Below, in pieces: positions 1-13,629 of a DNA stretch of 64,000 nt. The notes beneath the pieces were generated by a model. That model was not told the origin of the DNA, did not search any database, and was given only the letters and a program-made list of their open reading frames with translations. Source of the stretch: Eledone cirrhosa (taxonomy: Eukaryota); the NCBI GenBank assembly GCA_964016885.1, contig OZ024743.1, positions 121,520,001 through 121,584,000 on the forward strand, in the 5' to 3' direction. The stretch's first letter is position 1. Each line of letters starts with the position of its first letter. A program made the translations under genes and the position numbers.

Positions 1-315
1 CAAAACAACCAAAACGATACACACTACACAGCATTAACTTTGAACAACAACCAATTATTACACTACATCCAACACAACACCAGCATCACAGAAAAAGACT
101 AGACAACAACCCAAAAGTTCACACCACCTCCACACATACAAATCACTCGCATCACACAGAAAACGTACATGACACTAAAACAAAAATTCCCCAAAGACAT
201 CGGAGACTTCCGACAAGCACTCTCCAGGAGGATTTATAAGGACATCCTTCCTTAGGAGGCCACAAGCAGTGAAAAGGATGGAGAAACCGTCCTTCCTCTA
301 CGAGAAGTAAGATAA
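1..315 (+). mobile_element. Probable 3' end of LINE ORF1 (A/C-rich), upstream of ORF2
   Basis: A/C-rich, mostly open frame (..KQKFPKDIGDFRQALSRRIYKDILP*EATSSEKDGETVLPLREVR*) ending about 35 nt before the ORF2 ATG; called on position only. Confidence 0.4.
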
Positions 316-349
316 GTAGTCTATCCCATCTTTTCCACTCCATTTCAAC

Positions 350-3300
350 ATGACCTCACTCAGAATAGGCAGCATAAATGCGCGTGGCTTGGGTCGTCAT
401 GGAAGCAGGACCACCTGCTCAACGACCTCAGGTCACTAAACATAGATGTAGTAGCCATCGGCGAGACCAAAATCTCCGAAGCACGGGCCTTCGCACCGAT
501 CTTCGGCGGCTACGATGTGTACGCATCTCCCAGCCGTCCGGGATCGGGGGGTAGAGTTGCTGTGCTTTTTCGGAGAGGTTTGGATCTCGCCATACGGGCC
601 ATCTTCCTGAACCCAGAAGGTAAGTTGGTGGTGCTGGACGTGACCAGCGGAGATGGGCAAGCTTTCAGGCTAGTGGCCGTCTATGCCCCGACAGGAGCAG
701 GGCGGCCTGATTTCTTCCGGCGTCTGGAGACCCTTCTTGGAACGACCCGCTCTTTAGTGTTAGTGGCCGACTGGAACGAGATCTTAGATGCACGCTGGGA
801 CTGTGTGGGATTAGCGGATAGGGGAGGAGGGTGCAAGAGTCTCACCAACCTGCTCAGGGGTTTTGAACTGTCTGACAGGTACCGATTGGATTTCCCGAAT
901 GTGCCAATGTGGACTTGGACAAATCGTATAGGGTCATCCAGATCATATCTAGATAGAGTATTTTGTAGGGAAATAGATAGGTCTAGCATAGGCTGTCCAC
1001 AATTCAAGATAGTCAGCTACACGGACCACAAATTCGTGATCTGTGTGCTTGACTTAGATAAGCTTCATAGACGAGGAGCCGGCTACCGGAAGCTAAACGC
1101 GTCCTTACCAGCGCGCAAGGCCTACAGATACCGGATTAGCGAACTAGTTAAGCGGGCGTTGACGGGAGCCATCGTCAACAACAAGTGGTGGTTTGCTCTG
1201 AAAAGAGCAATTAGAATCGAATCCATTAGGTTTAGTAAGGCTTTAGCAATAGAGAAAAATAGAGCAGAGGGAGAATTAGTTAGAAAATTAGAGGAGGCGC
1301 TTAGCAAAGGCATCGCGACCGACGTACTTGCGGCGAAATTGGCCCTTGACCAATTCTTCAATGCAAAGCACGAAGGCTGCGTTGTCAGAGGTAGGGTGCG
1401 TGCTCTCAGACATGAGGGGACGAAAGCCGTTCAATGGGCCCGAGTGGCGGAGGCGCGTCGTGGCAACAAAGCCACGATCGGGTCTTTGGAGGACCACGAC
1501 GGGCGAATGCTACTCGATCCCGGGCAAATGTGTGGAGCTTTCCAGCGACCCTTTGCCCAGCTGTTCGGGGACAGCGGCGGGCCGAATCGAGGGAGGGACT
1601 TTAGTGTCTACCTCGAAGGACTGCCGCGGCTCTCGGCCACTGAAGCGGAGTGTTTCGAAAAGCCGATAACAGCCGCTGAAGTATGGGGGGCAATGACTGG
1701 CTGCACAAGGGGTAAATCGCCTGGTTTGGATGGTCTGCCCTCTGAACTTTACGTACAGATGCCAGATTTGTTCGAAGGCCTCTTGGCGAACGTCTACTGC
1801 AACTGGCAACAGAACGGGAGAATTCCCAGCTCTGTGAGCCGAGGAGCTGTGGAGCTGCTGAGAAAGGATCCGAACAAGGGGGATAACATAGATAATTTCA
1901 GGCCCATAACTCTGCTAAACACAGAGTTCAAGATTTTGGCCAAGGTGCTAGCAAAGAGGTTGGCGTTTGTCGTTGGTGATCTGGTGGGAGAGGCGCAGAC
2001 ATGCGCCATTCCCGACAGATCCATCCACGACAACCTCCACCTCATGCGATGCATCGTAAAGAGGGTAGCTAGGGAACCTGGCACGGGTGGGTCCTTGATG
2101 AATTTAGATGAGTCAAAAGCTTTCGATAGGGTCGACCATCGTTACCTAGCGGCAGTCCTGAGGGCGGCTGGTATTGGGCCCGTCTTCAGAGGCTGGATCG
2201 CTGTCATGCACAGCGACATCTGCTCTGTGGTGAGAGTGAACGGTCATCTTTCGGAACCGTTCAATATCATGTGCTCGGTCCGCCAAGGATGTCCCCTCTC
2301 GTGCCTCTTGTACGTATTGACTCTCGAGCCATTACTGCACAAACTGGAGACGTTGAGGGGGGTCCGGCGCGAACTAGGATGCGGAAGATCCGTGTCAGCA
2401 TATGCGGACGATGTCACCGTAGTGGTGTCGAACGCCAAACACATCGAGGCGATCGGCACTACACTAAGAGAATACGAAGCGGTGACAGGAGCAATGATCA
2501 ACCAGGAAAAGTCAGTGGGCCTGCAGCTCGGCACCTGGAGAGGCAGGTCCATGCCGTCCAACAGCGTCGTCGGCCGCTGGACGGAGGGACCGGTTAAATT
2601 GCTAGGGGTCTGGTTCAGTCCGGACCTCCAGACGAACAAAAACTGGGACGAGGTGACGAGCAGGGTGGCTTCTCTCACCCAGAAATGGGCCGAGAGGAAG
2701 CTATCCCTGAAAGGTCGAGCGGAGGTGGCTAAGGCGTACATCGCGTCCGTCATCTACTACCGCCTGACCGTCGTACCTTGTCCTAAGCCCCGCCTGACTG
2801 CGCTGGAGCGTTTGCTCTTTCGCTTTTTGTGGAAGGGACGCGCTCCGATGGTCAGGCGGTCCATCTGCTGTCAACACCCGCTACGTGGAGTGCTGGGAAT
2901 GCCATGGCTGATGATGCGCAGACACGCGCTCAGTCTACGACATCTCCACCTCTTCCTCGACAGTGATCAGGTGTGGTCGCCGTTTGCTAGACACGTCTTT
3001 CCCCAGCTCGTCTCCTTGACGGAGCTGCAGTCCTGGGTCAAGCGAAGACCGAGAGGGAGCGCTTGGAGACTGGAATGTCTTCAGGCGCTCACAGCCCTCG
3101 ACCAATCGGGAAATGTGATCGGTGGAAACTCCACCTTGGCGTTCTATAGTGGATTAGTGGAGGGGAAGAGCGACGACGTACTTGGAGAAACTCTAGGCGT
3201 CGACGAAAATCAACTAGCCAATCTCTTCGGAAGGACTTTCGGGCTGGGGCCTATGGACAACTTCCAGAAATCCCTGGCCTGGCAGTGCTACCGAGGAGCT

Positions 3301-4011
3301 TTGCCAGTTCGGGATAAACTCTACAGGCATGGAGGTGCCGTCAGCCGGGCATGTCCGAGATGCGCTCAGGGCGACCAAACCGTCCTGCACGCACTCGTCC
3401 AGTGTCCGAGCATTGCTGACTTGTGGGTTTATGTCGAACACCTTCTGTCACGTGTGGGACGGATCCAGCTATCAGCTGAGTCCATCGTGAGGATTGCCCC
3501 GCCCTCTCCCTTTAGCCGGGAAGGACAGGCAGTTTTATCTGTCTGGTGGCCATGGCGAAAGAGATAGTATGGTGGACACGTTTGAAAGGGCTGAAGACGA
3601 GCACTTACCTCTTCGGTGATGCCCTGATTAACTTTTTCAAGTTTCATTAGAAAAGGAAAATCAGGGTAGAGGGGGGAGTGCTCTCTTCCCAGCATTTTGT
3701 TGAAAGATGGGTGAGAGAAGCAAGTATGGCCCGAGTGAATGGGCCTACTCTGAGTATGTGTCTTTAAATTAAAAGTGTAAAACTGGGAGAAGGCACTTGC
3801 CCTGGTGGTCAGGGTCACTGTGGCCTTTTAATGGGCTTTCTCCACAAATGTCCTTCGGAAGTCTCCCCCCTATTGGGGAATTTTTCATTGTTATTTTTAT
3901 TACATCCTCTGTTTTTTTTACACGCAGAAGTGCCCATTTGTACCGTCCTGTATTGTCCTGTACTGTCCTTAATGTCTACTTTATTTAAACCCTTGTGGTT
4001 AATAAAGAAAG

Positions 4012-4046
<35 letters not shown>

Positions 4047-4047
4047 G
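350..4047 (+). mobile_element. Tx1/L1-clade non-LTR retrotransposon ORF2 (APE endonuclease, RT, zf-RVT), 3' UTR and (TTA)n tail; slightly disrupted
   Basis: ATG at 350 (MTSLRIGSINARG), frameshift near 395 into the frame with DVVAIGETK, VYAP, ADWN, YLDRVF, TDH; RT motifs FRPITLLN, KAFDRVDH, RQGCPLS, YADD; CPRC..HALVQC finger; second frameshift near 3540 and TAG near 3648; AATAAA at 4001, then (TTA)n. Confidence 0.95.
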
Positions 4048-4219
4048 GGCGGTGAATTGGCAGTATCGGTAGAGGGTTGGACGCCATGCTTTCTAGCATA
4101 GTTACGTCCCTTTACAGTCTGAGTTCAAATCCCGCCGAGGTTAACTTTGCCTTTCATCCTTACGGGGTCGATAAAATAAAGTACCAGTAATGTACTGGGT
4201 AATTGCTAAAGTAGAAACA

Positions 4220-4222
<3 letters not shown>
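4048..4222 (+). mobile_element. tRNA-derived SINE with Nin/Deu-like central domain
   Basis: A-box-like TGGCAGTATCGG, B-box GAGTTCAAATCC, core GCCTTTCATCCTTACGGGGTCGATAAAATAAAGTACCAG, tail GTAGAAACA(ATT)n; more than 10 copies in the window. Confidence 0.85.
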
Positions 4223-4303
<81 letters not shown>

Positions 4304-4363
4304 AAAGAAAATATTCGCTCTACATGGCTGAATACAATAAATGTAATCTTAGTTTTCCGAATA

Positions 4364-4556
4364 TTAATAATTGTTTCTACTTTTGGCACAAGGCCAGCAA
4401 TTAGCCCAGTGTATTACTGGTACTTTATTTTATCGACCCCGTAAGGATGAAAGGCAAAGTTAACCTCGGCGGTATTTGAACTCAGATCATAAAGGGCGGC
4501 AACTCTATGCTGCAAAGCATGGCGTCCGACCCTCTACCGATACTGCCAATCCACCG
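4364..4556 (-). mobile_element. Same SINE family, full length, inverted relative to the 4048 copy
   Basis: Reverse complement of 4048-4222. Confidence 0.85.
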
Positions 4557-4676
4557 TTATTAATAACATTCATAATAACATTCGATTCGTTTGCAAATAT
4601 GCAAACAAGCCTCATTTTTATAGCCATGTCAGTAGAATGAACCCTTCATTCTTGCTCTTGTGTTGGCATATAAACA

Positions 4677-4726
4677 GAACTGTAGACACTAATGTTTCTG
4701 GGTATCACCCTTCATCAGTACAGCTC
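4677..4726 (-). ncRNA. Type I hammerhead ribozyme motif, canonical core
   Basis: Minus strand: gagcugua CUGAUGA a-gggu gau accc-a GAAAC auuagu GUC/ uacaguuc; 8-bp stem I. Confidence 0.85.
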
Positions 4727-5009
4727 CCTGTTCACCTGCCAAACTGTCAGAGCTAGTAAAAATATATGCTATTTTCAAAAATATACAGTGACTGATCGGC
4801 CTGATTTGCATATTAGCAGACTGGCTGATCAGTCAGATCTGCATATTAGCAGATCCATTCATCAGCCCGATTTGCATATTAGAAGAGTGGCCAGTCAGTT
4901 TCCTGTATACGCGCGATAAATGGCTGGCTTTGCCAAATTCAAATAAAAAAAGAAAATTTTCGCTCTCCATGATTGAATACAATAAATATAATCTGAGCTT
5001 TTCGAATAT

Positions 5010-5122
5010 TAATAATTGTTTCTACTTTAGGCACAAGGCCAGCAATTACCCAGTGCATCACTGGTACTTTATTTTATCGACCCCCGTAAGGATGAAAGGC
5101 AAAGTCAATCTCGGCGGGACTT
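5010..5122 (-). mobile_element. 5'-truncated SINE inside a second copy of a local host repeat
   Basis: SINE tail and core only; flanks repeat those around 4364-4556. Confidence 0.8.
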
Positions 5123-5306
5123 TAATAATAACATTCGATTCATTTGCAATTATGCAAACAAGCCGAATTTGTATAGCCATGTCAGTAGAATGGACCCTTT
5201 ATTCTTGCTCTTGTGTTGGCTTGTAAACAGAACTGTGCCTAAAGTAGAAACAATTATTAATATTTGTAAATTAAATTTGTTGAATAATCAACAAATTAAA
5301 TAAGTC

Positions 5307-5405
<99 letters not shown>

Positions 5406-6999
5406 GACGTATATGAATGCATAAACGATATGTTAATGTATAATAAACATACAAATGAATGTCCTTACAAACGAAATTTGCAGAATACCTGATTTCGTCT
5501 GTGATGTCCTCATTCCATGTTTTTATTTTATGTTGTATTCTTCTAGTTAAATATGTATGCTTAACCTTTTCTTTCAACATCTTACTGTGTTTGTATGCGC
5601 ATAAATTAAAATGTGAGAGAGTGTGAGCGTGTGTATGTGTGTGTGTATGCGTGTGTGTGTGTGTGTGTGTGTGTGTGCATGTATATGCGTGTATATCGTT
5701 TCAAAAGGTGACTTTTAAAGCAATTAATTCCATTATCATATGGTTAATCAGAATGAATAAGAGCTATCAGGATATTGCTGGTTATGTTTTAGCTAAACAA
5801 ACTAACATATATCTTTATTTCATTTTTTACTCTAACACAAATTGCACAAATTATTAATATTGAACTCATCACTACCTCATATTTACAATTATTCTATATG
5901 TACTAATAACAATATATATATGTGTGTGAGCGTGTGTATGCGTCTGTATACGTGTGTGTAGACATTCATGTTACCCATGACTATTCGAAACGTATCGATT
6001 ATTTACTCAAATAAAATGTTCATTGCGTCTATTAAATGTAGTATTACATCTACTTCATTCAGCATTTGAAGAAATAATGGATTACATTTTTGAAACCTTT
6101 CAAGATTACACTTGATTAATTGTTTTTCTTCATATATATGAAAATATTGTATTTTCCATCGTGGTAGTATCATATCCCAAGAGTAGACTGTCATCCTAGA
6201 ACTTATTAGATTGCGTATAACTTATAAACAATACGAAAGTAAATTGTTTCATCGCGAGTTAGACTCTGTATAGACGATTATAGATTTTCTCTCCTGGGGG
6301 AATAATTAACTCAAGCATTCTAATATAAATAAATTAGATCGTTACAACCAGCATGGATAAATGATTAGCACAATGCTTAGAATTTGTACGAAAAATGTAT
6401 AATCTATTGAATGGTATCCAGTATGATATTAGCAACTATTTTATCGATCTCGGTAAGAAAAGAGAGACATTAAATATTTGTGTAGGAAAAAACGCAGATG
6501 TGATTGCCACTTGAAACTAGGAGAAATGAAGGGAAATACGTCATTATATGAATGTGATTTTACAATTTCAACTAACTCATATCCTTTATAAACTAGTTTA
6601 CTGTAGAACAGTCCAAAGTAGAGATACTGAACAGTCGAAAGCTATTGTCGTTTTGTTTATACAATTTCACCGTACAAATCAGCTCATAGATGAACGGTTT
6701 TAAGAAATTTGAATGCCAGATGTGATCGAAGTTTTTGCTATTGTCTGAAGCCATGAAACTGCTTTGCTAAATTTCCCTAGGATTAAAACCACCCTGAATA
6801 ACATAAGTGAATATATCTCCTGTAAGATCTAACTTTTTATTCCCATTAAGAAGAGAGAGATTCATATTGCTGGTGAATGACGTAGTTAATGGCTCTTCTC
6901 ATTACCTTTAAGGTATTAGAATCGAATGTGATAGGGCAATAATTTGCAGCAGAGTCAAAGTATGATAGTTTCCTATCTTGCGAATGGAACACGCTAGCA

Positions 7000-8570
7000 A
7001 TGATTCAGATTGTTTGGTTTTAAGTAAGTGGGGATACGTCGTACTTGGCGTGTATGTATACAAGATGGTGAGTGAGTTATAGTGGGAGGAGCTGGATGTC
7101 GAGATTAACCTAATGTGTGAATTTCGAAATCAGATGGAAAGCAGTAAGCGAAAGAGGACGCTTTCTTTGCAGAATTACTGCTCACAGATGCATCATAGTT
7201 GAAAAGTTGACAAAAGGCGGATCACGCAAAGTTGATGATGCCTTTAAAAGGAGACCAGAAAACACGGCCTAAATTCTGGAAATGAGAGAGCTTTGAAGAC
7301 TGTGTGATGCATGGTGGTTTTTCTAGGTTGTGGTGCTAGATAAACACCACCCAACTTTTCTTTTGTAGTAGGTTATTTTCTATGAACGTTTTAAATCTTG
7401 TTTTATTTCGCAAGTACTGCAGCATGGTTGGTTTGTGTGTTAGTAAGAAATGATGTGTAAAATCTAGGCTGGAACGAAGTCTACATATGAGTGGGCAACT
7501 TGGGGTATATAATGCACTCAGTTTTTTTTTCTGTGAGGAATGTAGACGAATATGCCTTGAATGATGGTTTCACTGATACGGTTAACTATTTCCGATGAGG
7601 CAAGAACGAAGTATAAATGCTTCTAGAGCTCGAATAAAGATGTTGGAGCACCGACCAATCAGCTCATTTGATTTGTTAAAGGGTCTAGTGCAAGGGCATT
7701 GTGTTGTATATTGTGTAGTTTTAATAAGTCATTGGTTCGTCAACCAGATTGGTTATGGTCTGGTAAAGATTGAGTTTGATGTGAGAAAAAGATCAAAGGT
7801 GTTTGGATTGTTCATGAATTGGACATTTAGGTAACAAAAACAGATAAGGAAGACAATTGATGGTTACGAAAGCGTCAATTTTTGGATCGGTTGCATGGAT
7901 ATAGGATGTGCTTAGCAACCAATAAGAGTCGTGAACTTCAACTATGATTTCACAGAGGAGTATTTTCTCAATGAAGAAGAATATATGGTCGATATCTTGG
8001 TGGTGGATCGAGTAGCGATAAAGGGGACAAATTTGGAGTCGGAGTAACTAGAGGTTTTTGTTGCTGATGTTCAGGTTAGAGAGTTGAATGATACAAGGAA
8101 TGTGCTCTACATATATAGGCAACAACTTTCTGTGTGAAGTTTGAATAATTAATTTAGCCTAAACGGCAGAGATAGATTATATAAAGGAATTGTGAGACTT
8201 GTGTCTTGAATAGAAATAGAATGGGCAGTTTGTGTGTTAATAAGAGATGATGTGCGAAGTCTCGGCTAGAACGAAGAAGTATACAGGTGTTAAAGGAAAT
8301 GGAAAATTGATAAGTCGCTTAAGTTTTAAATTTTGGCATCTTTGGGGAGTGTAAATGTTGGTGATACGTCGAAAATTCGTGGAAAACCTCTGCCGTGGTC
8401 TTGGCCAGAATTCCTGAAGGACAGAAGACTCAGTTAAAGGCATACATTGTGATGTTGAACTGAGTAGCTTGGTATGTCTACCGCACAGAAAAAGCAATAG
8501 AATCATGATACCCAAAGACATAAGGATGAAGGGAATTTTGAAGATAACTAGGTAACTAGCTTTAAAATTA
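7000..8570 (-). mobile_element. Heavily decayed retroelement-like sequence, possibly PLE
   Basis: Strong strand skew, higher complexity than the flanks, faint PLE-like peptide (PVFSGLLLKASSTLRD); no clean motif. Confidence 0.25.
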
Positions 8571-8620
8571 GATAATATATCAGTAAAACTATACAATTCA
8601 AGTATATTTATTTTTTCTTA

Positions 8621-8699
8621 AATAAATGCCAAATACACATATGGGTATTGATTTCCTTTTTACATAAATTCATGTTTACACACACACACACACATACAC

Positions 8700-8763
<64 letters not shown>

Positions 8764-8789
8764 ATGTACATATATGTATATATATGTTT

Positions 8790-8843
<54 letters not shown>

Positions 8844-8877
8844 ATGTGTAAACATATATATACATATATGTACATAT

Positions 8878-8945
<68 letters not shown>

Positions 8946-9012
8946 GTGTGTGTGTAAACATGAATTTATGTAAAAAGGAAATCAATACCCATATGTGTAT
9001 TTGGCATTTATT
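8621..9012. repeat. Near-perfect nested palindrome (60-bp unique arms plus CA/TA/TG microsatellites)
   Basis: aataaatgccaaatacacatatgggtattgatttcc.. at 8621 is the exact reverse complement of 8955-9012. Confidence 0.9.
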
Positions 9013-9037
9013 ATGTATATGTATGTGTGTGTGTGTT

Positions 9038-9171
<134 letters not shown>

Positions 9172-10053
9172 ATTCAAAGTTATAGATGTCATGTTTGAGA
9201 TAATCTCTTACATTCGTCTTATCTCCCAAAATAAAAATTCAAGGAATGAATCCGAGCATTTAATCATTACAAAACACTGAATATGATATATATCTAATGA
9301 TATAAATGTATAATAGAACATATGAAACTTTAACAGGAGATAATCTGTATAGAATCTAAGAATACATAGTTCGTTACAGTATCATATTAAAATTGAACAA
9401 AGATTTAACATATAGATACCTGATAAAAATTATATGTATCTCCCTCACATGTATCCTTCACAAATCATGAATACATTTCACCAAATACCGGTGCAATTCG
9501 ATAATCGATCTAGATCTTCAGCGAGGGAATCGATCCTTCTGAACTTACACCACTTAACATACAGAACTGAAAACAACGTGTGTGTGTTTGTGTGTTTGTG
9601 TGTTTGTGTGTATGCATATATGCAAATATATATATATGTGTGAGTCCCGGGGGTTCAACTGGGGGTAACTACAGAAAGTAAGGTACTCAATACATTAGTT
9701 CCAACATACACACACAGACACACGCATGCACACACACACACATACACACACACACACACTATTTATATACATGCATGCATACATACATGCATACCTACCT
9801 GCCTACCCACATACATACTTACATACATACAATCTCACAGACAGACAGACAGACAGACACATACATACATATGTGTGTGCATGAGTGTGTTTACAGAGCA
9901 GACCTATGGGCGAAGGCATTGATATATTACCTTATCTAAAAGCTTGTTAACTAAATGATGTGTTAATTTTCGACATTTATATTGTTATATGTAACTATAT
10001 TTTCATGTGTCAATGATCATATTAAATAATTTGTAATCTAAAACTTGTATTAC

Positions 10054-10524
10054 CTCTGACTGGTCAACTAGCTGTCTAATAGTTTTGATGCTCTGGTCTG
10101 AACGTTGTTTAGTCAGAAAAGCCGTCAAGTTGGCTGTGTATGCTGCATTTATAATAAGAATACAGAACCAGTAGAATGCTATGGTGGTCCGTGTCGATGT
10201 TGTTTGTGGAGAATATTCAGTTCCGTTGTTCAACAAAACGTTTAAGGAATACCAGAGACTTTCTTTTAGATTGAAATTTGTATTTTCTTGTGTTTGGTCG
10301 TATCGGGACATGAGAAAGAGTGCTAAAGTAACAACTAACATAAATAGTACGAGTGAATACCACAAATTCCTGGAAAATGGACTGAGGAATTGAAAGAATT
10401 CTGGTTCGCTCTTTGGACGATGAATCAATATGCTTGTTTTGGAAGTTAAAATACCATACGATGAAGAAATAATCATTTCTTTTTTAGATGACATTGGTAT
10501 GGCACCGATTGCCATTGAAGCATT
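10054..10524 (-). CDS. iGluR-family subunit, coding exon 11: end of S1, M1, M2 pore loop, M3, start of S2
   Basis: NASMAIGAIPMSSKKE..FFQFLSPFSRNLW..ESLWYSLNVLLNNG..AAYTANLTAFLT..IKTIRQLVDQSE; acceptor ttccag, donor GAG/gtaata; 471 nt, phase 0-0. Confidence 0.93.
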
Positions 10525-11771
10525 CTGGAAGAGAAAACGACATTTTAAAGTATAACATGCGCTTTGTTTCTGAAAATTCAAACTTGCGAAATCATCATCA
10601 TATGATTTAAACTTAGAGATAGTCTAAAGAGCTGAGGAAGGAAGAAGACGAGAGAACAATAGTGAGGGAAACAAGGAAAACATAGAACAGAATGAAAAAG
10701 AGAGAGAGAGAGAGGGGGCGAGAGAACAAAGAAGTAATAGAAAAAAGAGAAAAGGAGTTACCCAAATAAAATCAATTTTAGATATCGAGAACTGACTGGC
10801 ATGCCGCAATGTATATATAAACAAATATATATATATATTTTTTTTTTATATATATATATATATATATTTTTTTTTTTTTTCCCTGAGTTCAGTCTTTTTC
10901 GTCGCTATGGTCACTGCAGCCCTTCTATCGGTCGCTGTCTTCATTTTGCAAAGCTGTCTAAACGTAATGTTATAACTCTAGGGTTATATACCCTATCGAG
11001 TGCTTAGTTGCGCACCGAAATTGCATTCGTTAGCTTGGCTGCAACCATGGCTTCGTTGATGGTGTACTAAATTTTGTATATATATATATATATATGTATT
11101 TCTTATACTTAATTGCAACAACACAGCTCGCCATTTTGATTCATATAAGCTTCCCTCTTTGATGTGACCCGTCTTTTTTCTCTTCCCTTGCTGCTATCCT
11201 CTCTCTCTCACCCTTCTCTCTCTCCTTCTCCCTCTTACTCACCCCCTCTGCTAGTCACCCTCTCTCTCTCGGCTAGCCTCTTCCTAGCACTTTCACTCAC
11301 TCTCTCTCTCACTTCCTCCATCGTCCAGCACTGTATGCGGTCTTTCTTCTCGCTCACACTGGTACAGTGAAGACGTTGTCTTTTTCTCCTCGTCAAAATT
11401 CGCCTGTTCTTATGTTCGAAATGAATTATTGACTTGATATTTTTCCTTTTTTCCTCTCTTTACGTTGCTTCACCCATCATGTCTGTTTACATGTCTTTCT
11501 CTTTCTCCACCCACTTCTTTTTATCCCAATAACTTATTTTAGTTATTGAATCGCCCTAGGCTGAGGTATGTTGTCGCTAACGCGAAGAAATACCTATGAT
11601 GCCTAGTAGACAACTGATGATGGATAATCCTAACTTCTGATTTCTAATTTTCCTTATATTTATATATATATTTATATATATATTTATATATATATATATA
11701 TATATATAAGTACAGATTAAAGTTTAAGCAAGGAATCCCTTTACGGGATCTTCTTCGTAATGTATATATAA

Positions 11772-11820
<49 letters not shown>

Positions 11821-12130
11821 GAGGTATCCACTGTAAGTTGTGGGGTCTATTCTGTATGAAGAACTCAATGTAATCCATATGTTGAAAATGTTGTAGGTTA
11901 AGATAAATCTCAGAAACCAATAAAACATTAAAAGGAAAACAGAGTCATGATATAAGTTAAAACAATGAAATAAAAAATCAAATCATTAGAGATATACTTC
12001 ACTGCTTTACGATCGTTTCTAGATGGTGATAATACATTGTATTTATACTCAGTTATTGATCTATGTAAGTTTACAAACTATCAGATAGAGAGAATATTTA
12101 CTTACATGCATATCACCAGCTGTTTTCAAA

Positions 12131-12169
<39 letters not shown>

Positions 12170-12173
12170 GTGT

Positions 12174-12261
<88 letters not shown>

Positions 12262-12263
12262 GC

Positions 12264-12305
<42 letters not shown>

Positions 12306-12331
12306 GTGTGTGCGTGCGTGTGTGTGTGTGC

Positions 12332-13300
<969 letters not shown>

Positions 13301-13319
13301 TTTTACATGCATATATATC

Positions 13320-13615
13320 TATCTATCTATCTAGGGCGGGTAAAATTCCCGAGATCCATGGACGAGTTCTCTCCAGCGGTCTCTGTCCCTCATTATCGCT
13401 GCCATGTCCTGCGGTTCCAGGAGACCAGTGTCTATCCTTGGGGCATCAACATATGTTAACCTCGGTGTTCCTATTCTAGTGTGTCCATGCAGGGGCTCCC
13501 ACAGGAGCACTGAGTGCAGTGTCAACTAAGGATGTCGGTGAGCATGTCCAACTAACCTCAGTCTCCTTTGTGTCACTTTTGAGCTGACGTTTGGGAGGCT
13601 CCCGTACAGCTCTGA
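13320..13615 (-). mobile_element. RTE-like LINE 3' fragment with (ATAG)n tail
   Basis: ELYGSLP..RRLRLVGH..VLLWEPLHG..TYVD..MRDRDRWRELV*. Confidence 0.8.
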
Positions 13616-13629
13616 AATATATATATATA

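Noticed and set aside
4048-4140. tRNA gene (A and B boxes)
   Set aside because: No cloverleaf; continues into the SINE core and tail in many copies.
6003-6197. 63-aa minus-strand ORF with an upstream AG as a possible S2 exon
   Set aside because: Wrong phase (phase 0 hits a stop) and no S2 motifs.
9419-9566. Candidate next receptor exon (tttcag...CAG/gtat on the minus strand)
   Set aside because: Stops in all three frames and no S2 similarity; its CUGAAGA also lacks a GAAA partner.
10110-10145. Natural Lurcher mutation
   Set aside because: The Thr is at position 7 of SYTANLAAF; Lurcher is position 8.
11611-11640. CUGAUGA-gga uaa ucc hammerhead start
   Set aside because: GAAA half is lost (UAAC); at best a relic.
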